Made by a program: the position numbers and the translations under genes. A DNA stretch of 62,971 bases, the filler included, from Intoshia linei (lineage: Eukaryota > Animalia > Orthonectida): assembly GCA_001642005.1 (NCBI GenBank). It is 8 parts of 8 records of this genome, joined end to end, with 100 filler letters (N's around TTAATTAATTAA, not from the genome) between each part and the next. Parts side by side here need not be neighbours in the genome. Positions count along the whole stretch, not along the records: positions 46,926 to 53,412 come from LWCA01001664.1; positions 53,513 to 62,971 come from LWCA01001366.1; 6 more parts are not named here. The stretch is one strand, 5' to 3'. Shown in pieces: positions 52,301-62,971 of this stretch (positions are counted from its first letter, which is position 1; the number at the start of each line of letters is the position of its first letter). Below the pieces are notes generated by a model. That model was not told where the DNA came from. It made no database searches and saw only the letters and a list, made by a program, of their open reading frames with translations.

Positions 52301-52525
52301 TTCATGAAATAAATCTCCACCCAATAGAATAAAATCAACATCCTTTTCTTTAGCAATAGATAAAATTTCATTAAAGGTGTTGTACGTATCTTTACCACGA
52401 ACATCGTCACTCTCTTTGTAGCCAATGTGTAAATCTGATGCAATCAAGATGTTGAAGGGTTCGGAAGATTTATGATCAATTTTTAAATGTGTCCTTTTTG
52501 GTTTCATTTTAATTTTATGGCGCAT
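49362..52525 (-). CDS. MRE11: Double-strand break repair nuclease MRE11 (8 exons, roughly 580 aa)
   Basis: ASDLHIG, GGDLFHENKPS, IPIFS|IHGNHDDP, VLHQNR, WGHEHEC, QPGST and PLLRLRV motifs; ends KKRGRGRPNKYIH*. Confidence 0.96.
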
Positions 52526-52735
52526 TTAGTTTTCGTTTCCAATGATATATTTTAAGATGACTGCAAACTGTTTTGGTATAGAAATTTACTTTTTATGGAT
52601 CGAAATTTTAGTACATTGTAACATTACACTATTTTGAAGTAAAATGTAATACCGTTAATTGTAAAATTATTTAATCTATTTTATGTACCATGTACATTTT
52701 AGTTTGTCACCGAAAATTAAACAAACCTTTGACCC

Positions 52736-52833
52736 TGTAGCGGGTAGTGATGGTGACAGAAGATACCAAAGTTAAAGTTGAATAATTGATACATTGTTAT
52801 ATATTTTTCTGTTATTAAACTTATTACGTTACA
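52736..52833. mobile_element. 98-bp solo LTR
   Basis: TGTAGCG...CGTTACA inverted termini (TG..CA), internal ATTAAA, and a perfect 5-bp TSD, GACCC (52731-52735, 52834-52838). Confidence 0.75.
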
Positions 52834-53512
52834 GACCCATTTTTGTATCTGTGATTTGAACTCATGGCCGAAAATTTAAATTAGAAATTATGGTGATTTT
52901 GATTCCACATGAAATTTCAAAATCTGAGAACGCAGAAATTAAAAATCTAGTTGACTTTTATGTACTGCGTACAAACAGCATCCAGCTCTGCCAAGGGAAC
53001 ATTTTTATTATACCAAAAAAATCTAACTTTCGTCTATAATGATATAGATTAATTTATTAATACAATAATTTTTTCTCTCCATTTCAATATAAATACAAAT
53101 TATCAATTTTATAAAATTTTTATTTTTGCAATTGCTTTCAGATGGCAAAATTATTCCCTTTTTTTTTAATATTGTTCTTAACTCGACGTTATAGAGGTAT
53201 GTCCGCAGATAGAATTGCTTCCACCATTTCTGTTGCAAAGTGATTCAATGTTTTAATTGAACTTCCAATACTGACAATATGCATAAAACTCTTATTTTGC
53301 AAATTTGCGGTGTAATTAAACAAAATTTAATTTTGTAAAAGTAACATTGTAACATTTTATACAAAATAAATTGTCGTCATTCTTAGTAAATTCACTAGGA
53401 TAAAGTTTTGTANNNNNNNNNNNNNNNNNNNNNNNNNNNNNNNNNNNNNNNNNNNNTTAATTAATTAANNNNNNNNNNNNNNNNNNNNNNNNNNNNNNNN
53501 NNNNNNNNNNNN

Positions 53513-55450
53513 AGAACTGATTATCATTAGTAATGTTTCCTTCTCTAATAACTACAATATTTTTATTATCATCCTGTAATTTAAAATAACTTAAATAAAA
53601 AAATTCAATTCTTTGACAAGCTGTGATGGTTAAATCTTTAGATAACCAATCCGCCGTAAAATTTAATGGACCAGGTCGATATTAAATCTCATAATCAAAA
53701 TGTTCGATTTTAAGTAATAAATTCAACAAAGTTTCAGGTAAGTTTTTTAATTGTCTAATGTATATCAAAGGTTTGTGATCAGTAATAATCTTAAAAAAAC
53801 AGCCTAATAAGTATGTCTTAAATTTTAACACGCTTTTAACGATAGCAAATAGTTCCTTATGGGTTGTGCTGTAACGCATTTCAGTATCGTTTAATTTTCT
53901 ACTAAAATATTCTATAACTTTTTCATTCTGTAATAACACCGCACCAACTCCAACTTTAGAAGCATCACATTCTAATATAAATCACAATTCTTTTGAGGTA
54001 ATGATAGAAGTGGTGAAGACTTGAGAGCCTTTTTTAATGACATATAAGCCGACTGTTGGTTTTCCTGCCATACAAAAGCTACACTTTTCTTTAATAGTAA
54101 TAATAAGGGTTCAGTTATCTCTGTGTAATGAGATATAAAGCGTCGGAAAAAATTACATACACCTAAAAATCTACGCAATTTTTTTATATTTTTAGGTACT
54201 ACCATATTATCAATCGCTACGACCCTTTCATTAGATATTTTAATACCATACGAATTTACAACATGTCCTAAAATATTGAGTTCACTAACTCCTAATTTAC
54301 ACTTTTTTGGGTTGACCGTTAGTCCAGCGTTACGTAAAATGGTAAAAACCTTTGTCAAATCTCGTTTATGTTCATTCACTGACGTAGATGCAATTATAAT
54401 ATCATCTAAATAAACCTTAACGTTTTTCACATTTCTAAATAATTGATCCATTAATCTTTGGCATGTGGCAGGGGCATTACCCGATATTGATATAATTTTT
54501 CCCCAAATGACGTCTGAAATGATGTTTTCCAACGATCACATTTTTGCAATGGAATCTGCCAATATCCATGCATAAAATCTAAAGATGAAAATATTGTACG
54601 ATTAGCCATGAAATCTAAACATTCTTTCAAATGTGGGGCTGGGTAGTTATCTTTAATTGAAATAGAATTTAAATTACGAAAATCGCTAACCATTCTATCT
54701 GTACCGTTTTTTCTTAACTAAAAAATAATTGGAAGAAAAAAAACTTCTGCTTGGTTTAATGATTTTTAATTCTAGCAATTTTTTTATAATTTTTTCATGT
54801 TTATCTTGGAGTTTTACACCTACAGGAAATGGACGAGCCTGCTTGAACTCACAATTTGTCTTTAAATTAATAGAATGTTCGATATTAGTTAAACCAGTTT
54901 TGCTGATATTACATCAGAGAATTGAGAAAATAGTGTTTTAAATTCAGTATCGTTTACTTTTATTACTTTTACATTAAATTGTATTAACTTTAATCGAACA
55001 GCATCCCGACATCCTATAATATCAGATGTATCAGTTATATAAAATTCCACAATATTATTTTCAATTCATGAGTATGTTCGTTGTTATTTTCAATAATCCT
55101 TCGATTCATCACTGGTTTTATATCCCTCGAACAATTCCTAGAGATGTGACCATATTCCTGACAATTGAAACATTTCTAAGAGGACTGCAAATGTCGATCA
55201 CCAAACTTTGCCACTCCCCTACTTTTGAAATATTTTTGGGCCTCTTCGATGGCTTTAATTTTTTGAATTAATTCTTCTATATTTTTGCAATCCCAATAGG
55301 ATACCAACAAAATCATCATTTGTTAACTGTTCTTTCAACATTTTCCATTGATCAGCTTGATTTGTCGATAACATCGTCATTTGGACTTTTAATAGTTTAT
55401 AATCAATCATAATAAATAAAATTGTTTTGTAATGATTTGATGTCAAAAGG
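53513..55450 (-). mobile_element. Decayed Ty3/Gypsy LTR retrotransposon (RT, RNase H; frameshifted)
   Basis: DFRNLN..YPAP, FSSLDFMHGYWQI, NAPATCQRLM, VYLDDII, LRRFLG..FFRRFI, DASKVGVGAVL, YSTTHKELFAIV, ITDHKPL. Left end cut by spacer; right boundary approximate. Confidence 0.92.
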
Positions 55451-55732
55451 TATTAAGGTTTAATAATAAAACAATTTCAAGTATATCGATAATAAATATA
55501 TCTATAACAATGAAAAGTACTTCATTACAATAATTTTTTTATTTTTCCCGGTTCTCGACTTTTGTCATTTCCCGGGAAATCACAATCACTAACTAAATTG
55601 AACACATTGTAGTAATTTACTACACACCGATTGTCACAATTAATTTTTGAATCGTTGTCATCGAAATATACTAAACTCATTGTTTACTTTTGAAATATTC
55701 TAGAAATTAACTAGACTAGTTACGAAAAAGTA

Positions 55733-56626
55733 ATGTTTCCTTCAAACGTTAGCAGCGGAAACTTGGCAGTTTTTATTAAACCAACAGAGCTTCACTTTAT
55801 TACGAATGAGGAATCACGACATAAAATTTCACTCCGAATTTACAATCCTTATGCCATGCAAATTAGTTTTAGAAGTTTGTTTAAAATTTCCAATTTAATA
55901 TAATAGTTAGGTGTACAAACCCAGAAAATTATATGCTCAACACTTGTAAAGGACATCTTAACATTAATGAAAACAAAATAATGTAAAAAAGTATAATTGT
56001 ATTTACACTATTTTTAATTTAGACACATTGAACACATTCACCCCAATTATGAATGTGAAGGTCTTATCGATAAATTTCGTATCATTATTAGCAAAAAATC
56101 TGACAAGTCAATGAGAGGTAATATAAGATAATTATAATTAATTGAATAATTTAAGGATTCCGAGATGTTTTTTCAATTTTGTTTCCTGCAGTTCACAATG
56201 AAGTGAATGTGTATGAAATGAACAATGTTTACAAAAATAATGACTCCAAAGAAACTAAAAGCTTTGAAGAACCAGAAAAAAAATTGGTATCAATTAAATT
56301 CCAGAATGAAAAAAATGAACTCACCTTTAAAGACAATGCTTCAGATACTACAAGTGAAATCACTAAACATTACCTCATGGACTCAGGTTGAACCTTAATT
56401 TCATTTAATTATTAATTGCATTTTAGTCTTAGAAAAAGAAACAAAAAAATTCTCAACAAAATATATTGGTCTACTCTTTATATTAGCCGTAATATTTTTG
56501 CTCATTATTATCCTACCAAAAATTCCCACGTCCAACATTGTCGATATGAATTACTCTGTCAGACTTTTTTCCAGTTTTATGCTTGGTGTCATTTCAACAA
56601 TTTTTTTAAACAAAACATTTATTTAA
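55733..56626 (+). CDS. MOSPD1: Motile sperm domain-containing protein 1-like (MSP domain plus two C-terminal TM helices)
   Basis: LAVFIKPTELHF..HKISLRIYNPY, CTNPENY, IDKFRI and the C-terminal SFMLGVIST match MOSPD1 LPVFVFPTELIF..LYNPY, IDKFRL and YLGLVT. Several short introns. Confidence 0.82.
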
Positions 56627-56742
56627 TTTTGTATAATAGTTAAATTAAATATTCAAAATTCGAACGTGGTAATGGGAAGACACCTTGACAAGTGAACCAA
56701 TTTGATCTGCTTTCAAATTCGTTAAAATACGATAAATATCAG

Positions 56743-58529
56743 TTATGTTAAATTTCTCTTATATATTCGTAGATAATTGTGAGACTTTAAAGATTGCCAA
56801 ATTCCTGAAGCGTAGAAAAACCTAAATTATGATGATATTGACTCAAATAAAATTTACCAAGATTTTTCGCTAGTATACAGCTTTTTTGTGTGCTGTGGAT
56901 TTATCATTGAAACTAAGTACATCAACTTTTCTATTTGCTGAAAAAACTCTTTACATTTGACTAATTATAAATTTATTTAAATTAAAAATGACAAACCAAA
57001 ATCATTTGGAACATCATTATTCGGTGAATTTACAAAAGGTTTATATTTATGTGCTTCAATGTCATATTTTAAAAGCGATTGATCAAACAAACTTGCTAAT
57101 GGTTCCGTATTTGTATCTAATTTAAAAAATTAGAATTGCATTTATTGAAATGACGTTTAAAACCTTTCTTATAAAAAGATGGGAGAAAAAACAAATTTAA
57201 TCTTTGTTTCTCACTTTTATTGAGAACCGAAACGTGTAAATTGTTGTTGAAATATCCAAATACATCGTATGAATGATCAGAGAAAAATTTTTGATAAGTT
57301 GATTCTATTTTAGAACAAACATTATTATTTAAACTATTTTTATTAATTTTATTGAATACAAACACTAAATAGATATTAATCAGATTACATTAAAATTACC
57401 CCATTTTGTTTTGATACATCCAGTTGTAGTGACGTATTTTAAATCAAATTTAGACTTCAAAGTTTCAACAAGTTTAATATATTTTAGCATTTTTAAATCG
57501 TGAAGTTTATCTTGAACCACAAAAATGACGTGGCAAACTGATGACATAAAAATTCCCAATTGAATACTCTGCAATTCAACCTTGTTATCGTGCAAAAAAA
57601 TATCAGATCGTAATTTCTTTTCATAATGAAAAGAACGATTGAGTATACTTGCACTCATTAGCGGCTAATAGAAAATTCAAGTAATTTTGTTAATAATGTA
57701 CCTGAGAATCTAAAATAATGAGTTTATTGGAAGTAGTGTAAACGTTGATCCCTTTCGTCGTACAATCACCACTTCTAATGTCTATTTTCTTTTCAGTTAT
57801 AAAAATACCATTTTTTCTAATAAAATGTAATTCATAAAGCGTACTATTTACTGTTCATCGTCACCCGCCAACATGGAAGCAATGGTAGACTTTCCTACTC
57901 CTTGCAGACCAACTAAACCGACTACTGTAAAATCAGCATCAACATCGCTCAAATTCTACGTATAAAATTACAATAAAAAATAACGTCATTAATTTACATC
58001 AACTGCATCATTACACCAATCGATAGAAGCCCTAATCATTTTATAAGATCTTTTTAGACCCATTGATGTGTTGACAGGTTTAATATTTTGAGATTTAGAT
58101 GCTATTTTTACTAAACTTTGATTAATTTTTGAAAAAATATAAAATACAAATTTCTCCAGCTTGACGTAACATGTACGGGTCTAATTTATCTCTATTTTCA
58201 GCTATTCGGTGCGGAGGTATATACTGATTTCCGTTCTCATTAATTCTGTAATCTCTTCCATTTTTATTTCCGTTCCCATTTAACCATTTATTGATATCTC
58301 TCTTTTTTGGTTCAATCTTTGGTTCTGCTTTGTATAATACACGTGGGGCAATATCACCAGATTTATTGGATATCTAAGTTATTTTAAATTATTCAGATTG
58401 GAAAATTTTTACCTCATCTAATCTATCCGGTCTTTGTAAAATTTTTATATTTTTTGACATCTAAAAATGTTTTTCAGTTATTGCATTTTTATTCCAATTT
58501 ACCACAGGTCTCGTATTTTCATTTTTCAT
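56743..58529 (-). CDS. SMG9: Nonsense-mediated decay factor SMG9
   Basis: VVGLVGLQGVGKST P-loop, TKGINVY..IILDSQ|PLMSASIL, ELQSIQLGIFMSSVCHVIFVVQD, VFVFNK, SEKSW|FFYASGIW. Many short introns. Confidence 0.9.
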
Positions 58530-58859
58530 CTTCGTCAAATCTTATAATTTTACCAAGGTACAATAGTTCACGTAGTTTTTAATATCATTTTACCTTTCTG
58601 CTTCGCAGTTGTTTATTTCAATAAAGTTTGTGTTTGTGTTTTATTTTTATGGTTACATTATTATCTAAAACTCATTTTATATCATTTCTACTGACTACTT
58701 TAATGTGTACAGATTCTGTATTACAGAATAAGTTTGTAATAAACACTACTAGTTTTTTACTTTTATTGTATATATTAGATACTTGTCAAAACATGAATAC
58801 AAAATTACAAATTGAAGCTTACTTTTTACTACAAATTGTAATTCTTTTCAAATGATTGG

Positions 58860-59370
58860 ATTAAAAGTTGTTATTCAGAAATTTTGTATATACGTACAAA
58901 CGTACTTGTATATTTATGTATACAAACTGGAATAAGCTGTATCAGAAAATAATTTTTTTAATTATAGGACTTAATTTTTTTAGTAAAATAAATTTGAAAT
59001 AAAAAATAAATACTAAAGTGCTTTTTTTAATGCGAAGGCTTCACTTATTCACATTGAAATTTTTTGTGTGTGTTAACAAGATACAACTGTTCCATCTTTA
59101 ATTTTTTTTATTTTAGGGCTGTTTTCATGGGTTTTAATGCAAAAAATGATAATCTTGGGTTTTGATCGTGAAAATTATTTTTTTTGAGGTTGCCATTTAT
59201 TATACTTATGCTTTTTAAAACAGGGTAATTTGTGGTTTGACCATGAAGGTGTACGTTTTTGAGTCTAAGATTTACGACAATATTAATAATTTTAAAATGC
59301 GTCCCAGAGTTTATGTTTTATTAAATTTTTGGGCTGATTTTATTTTTAAACAAAAGGGCCATTGGGTTTT
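58860..59370 (-). mobile_element. Helitron-family internal fragment
   Basis: Similar to 24410-24700 and 48100-48300. Confidence 0.55.
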
Positions 59371-59871
59371 CAGTGAAAAGTCACAAAAGTGAAAAGAAAA
59401 TGTGATTCACACATTAATAAAATTTTGAATACATTGATTTTCAAATTGACAATTTAGGTACTACATATAGTAATGATACATGAATCTGATGTGATTATAA
59501 TCGCATCATGACTATTCAAATGGTTTTTCAAAATAAAAAATCAGTAAAAATTTCATAGTATTATTAAAAGTAGATAATTAAATTTGTCATTAACAAAAAA
59601 TTGGTTATAAATTACTTTTTGTAGACATGAAGTCTTTAGTGTATTTTAAAATTCAGTTTCAATTAATTCTGGCGTAATCCTAATTCTACGAATATACTTG
59701 AATAATCCCACGCTGAAAATAATCTTTTAACTGATGCACTAGTTGCAGGTATTGCAGTAAAACTCAGTACCTTTTACAAAAGTTGAACTGAAACTTTAAA
59801 TTGAATGTATGAAAGGATTAAGTCAATTTTGTAAACGAAACATTTAAATTGAATTTTTTTTTTTTGGAATC

Positions 59872-60092
59872 AGATAGAGAGATTTCCGATATAAAATTTT
59901 GATAAAATTGGATTTTTGAAAAAAATATTGGTAAAAGAAGGTTATTTCCTTGAGGGTTGGTGAAATTGGATTTTTCTTATGGGATCTGATAGAGGGATTT
60001 TTTATTTAAAAGTTTGGTAAAATTGGATTTTTCAAAAAAATATTTGTAAAAGGGGATTATTTCCTTGAAGGTTGGTGAAATTTTGGTTTTTT
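59872..60092 (+). repeat. Tandem ~115-bp internal subrepeat of a hAT-type MITE family (related blocks at ~10030-10110, 11270-11400 rc, 23200-23400, 62590-62700)
   Basis: gatagag..aaaattggattttt..aaaaaaatatt.gtaaaa..atttccttga.ggttggtgaaatt repeated twice. Family termini cagtggttcccga at 31201 and 62509; aatcgggaaccactg at ~10564-10578. Confidence 0.6.
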
Positions 60093-61328
60093 CACATATT
60101 TGAGTAAATTGAATAAAATATGTTAAAAATTTATCATTTACCCCTATTCACCCCCAATCATCTAAAATTTTAGTATTCACCCCCTCATAAAAATATTCAC
60201 CTTTTGGGAGTGAACAGTCACCCCCATGAGAAGCACTGGTTTATATAGTTAATGGAAACATTATTTGAAATATTTATTGATTTTTTTTTATTATATCTAA
60301 TTTGGGTTGGGCCGCTAATGGGTTAACAAATTGACTGAGAGAATCAAATACTGTTATGAATTTTACAGAAAACTGACAAAAAGTTTTGACCAATTCGCTA
60401 CTGTAAGCGATTTTTATATACACAATGATTAATTAACTTAGATTGTAAGTATTCTTTCCATTTTCGAAAAAAATTCCAAAATTTACAACTACTTAACACC
60501 CCCTACAACTCAGGCACGTCTAGGGTGGTTAGGCCTATATTTTGATATATTATATTCGTTCATTAATGCAACCGTTGTCTTTATTTTTCAATGCCATCAT
60601 AAATAAATATTAAATAAATGAAAACTTTAAATTTTCATGAGACGTCTAATCTTGATTCTCAATCTTTTCAAAAATTACCCTTCCATATTTGTACATAATT
60701 ATGTATTATTATAATTATTATAATAGAAGTTCTGAAAATATTTGTATTGATAGGAACAATAATTCTTACATTCATAATGGCATAGCTATATCCCTAGTTT
60801 ATTAGTTCTCTAACAATGTACGTATTCGTCACAGAAATGTGTAAAGTATGACAATCACTCAAAATTCTGAATTGCATCTTCAAGTGCGGATAAATTCAAG
60901 TTCATCATAAATAAAGTAGTAAATAGTGATTTATATAATTTTATTTTTTCTAGCAATACTTTCATAATTAAAAGTGATCAAATCATTGCAAAATGAGAAA
61001 AATTAATACCTCTCCAACGTTTACTGAACCTATTCTGATATATTAGAAATTTCTATTAATATAACAATATAAATAAAATTATTATACTCATATATATTAT
61101 CATATACAATACAACTAATATACAAATATATATAATAATGAACTGAAGGAACAAGTTAACTTATTTACATATTGTTAATAATGATCAAATTGAAAATATA
61201 ATAAGATTTAGTAACAAACAAAGCCAAAGTTTTTAAATGTTGAACTTTCCAAGTTACAGTTAAAATTTAACTGTTATATACTACTAATGTACAAAACTAT
61301 CTCATTTTATCATTTTAACTATATTTAA

Positions 61329-62971
61329 ATGTGTATGATTTCAATATTTGTATGTGCAATTATCAAATTATGCATATTTGTAAAATCTTATCAGATCAGT
61401 GTTGATAATGTTTGGATTAGCGGATTTGAAGATGTTTCTATTGAATCTTCTTTTATTTCAATTGATGTAAATTTGGATGGCTATCTGGATGTAGTTATTG
61501 GATCAGCAACTGGTGAATATAATATGAGCCTATAGCTAATATTTTTAGGAATGGATAAAAGATTTATACCGCAACACGTTTGCGAAAAACTGTATCAAGG
61601 AGAAAGAGTTTGCGGTGGAATGGTTTTATGCTTAGATGGACGCAGTGGTAAAGAAATATGGCGCCACTACACTCCTCATGAAGTATACGCCTTAAATGGG
61701 TTTATTGATTTGGATTCAGACAACATTATTGATGTTATAATTGGAGGCAGGGGAGGAGTTACTTTCTTGAGATAATAATACAATTTTAATTAGATTACTC
61801 AAATGTTGTCTAGTGTAACAGGAAATATTTTGTGGCAGCAAAATGAAATACATGAAAATTTGAACACATATACTCCACTAATACTTAATTATGATGTAAA
61901 TAAGGATAACATTTCGGAAATTGTGATAATGTCCGGTGGAGGTAAACTAAATAAAATCTAAAAATCTGTTAATTCTATAGTAAAAATTTAAAAACGTAAT
62001 AATTAAATTAAGAATAATAGTCTTTCAACGTGACATAAAAATGACTAATTATCAAAATTATAATTATTTTTCATATTATATTAATTAAATTAAACCATAA
62101 TCTTGACTGAAAAAATATAAATCATAAGACGAATTAATTGAGTTGATAATAGTTTTAATTAAATCAATATTGTTTTTTTATGGATGATATATTTTTAGGT
62201 TCTGAAACAAGATTACCAGCCATATTGTACTTATTATGTGGCAAATCTGGTAGTGTAATTGTAAATGTTACTGTTCCGGATGGAAGAGAATCCTATTCTT
62301 CACCTATTTTACATAATATTCGAGACGTAAAAAATAATGACGAAGAAAATGAAATTATTATTTTTGGTAATAAAGTATTAATACAAGTATTATTATATAA
62401 TATTCAAAAATATTTACATTATTCTGTGACAATTAATTGGGTCATTGTCTAAATATTATAAGCAATTTTGAAATTTCAAAAATAGGCTTAAATGGAATAG
62501 ATCTAATTCAGTAGTTTCCGATTCAAATAGTGTACGGACCACCATTTCAAAGGAAACATGAAATATAAAATATTTATGAAAAAATTAAAGGTTTTTTCTC
62601 ATAAGATTTGATAAAATCGGATTTTTCAAAAAAATATCGGTATAGTCGATTTTTCGCTTAGGGTTTGAAATGGTATTTTTTATTAAATTTTATTAATGAT
62701 GGGAAAATTAAAATGATTATATTTCCAAAATTTAATTAATATTTAAAAACTTCCGTAAATGTTTTTATCTAATCTAATGAATAATATAAAATTTTCGGCG
62801 ATCCATATTTTTAAAAGATACCTCTTGGTAATTCACACAAAAACCTTGTGACGCTATTAAACTTAACTAAGTAAAAAAACTTTTTTTTGAAAAATTTTAC
62901 AATGGAATCGCTCATATATTTTTAATTTTTTTTGTTAATTTAACATTTATTAGGAACTGGAGGAGAAACTG
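61329..62971 (+). CDS. FAM234-like FG-GAP/beta-propeller membrane protein (3' partial)
   Basis: Hydrophobic N-terminus, repeated Ca-binding DxNxDGxxD-like motifs (DVNLDGYLD, DLDSDNIID, DVNKDNISE), CLDGRSGKEIW, VPDGRESYSSP, IIFG|TGGET. Short introns of about 36 nt. Confidence 0.75.

Noticed and set aside
59872-60092. Regularly spaced repeats resembling a CRISPR array
   Set aside because: Eukaryotic context, whole units are similar with no unique spacers, and no cas genes; these are internal subrepeats of a MITE.

Overview
Very AT-rich eukaryotic (animal) genomic DNA. Eight contigs are joined by artificial 100-bp spacers (N44-TTAATTAATTAA-N44), so adjacency across spacers cannot be trusted. 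Genes use canonical GT-AG introns that are either very short (about 30-50 nt) or expanded to 0.3-2.7 kb by transposon insertions, and the proteins are highly divergent. This profile fits a compact parasite genome such as the orthonectid Intoshia linei, but that attribution is inference only. Recognisable genes, spliced by hand: PKA regulatory subunit type I (only one cAMP-binding domain visible), RPL28, RPS5, an AhR/spineless-type bHLH-PAS factor (5' partial), two tandem RhoA-like GTPases, the domino/SRCAP N-terminus, the 3' part of DIMT1, a divergent inward-rectifier K+ channel, MRE11, MOSPD1, SMG9 and a FAM234-like FG-GAP protein. Orphans include a tandem family of signal-peptide/type-I membrane proteins. 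Mobile DNA: a dominant non-autonomous Helitron family, hAT MITEs with 8-bp TSDs, Buster- and hATm-like transposase relics, Tc1/mariner relics, a Chapaev3-like element, a piggyBac-like MITE, a decayed Ty3/Gypsy element and a 98-bp solo LTR. Most notable: a Kir channel whose selectivity filter reads TIGTG instead of TIGYG; an operon-like RPL28 to PKA-R arrangement (107 bp apart, with a candidate trans-splice acceptor); RhoA paralogs lacking the C3-toxin target Asn41 and both P-loop cysteines; and a turning-over orphan surface-protein family.
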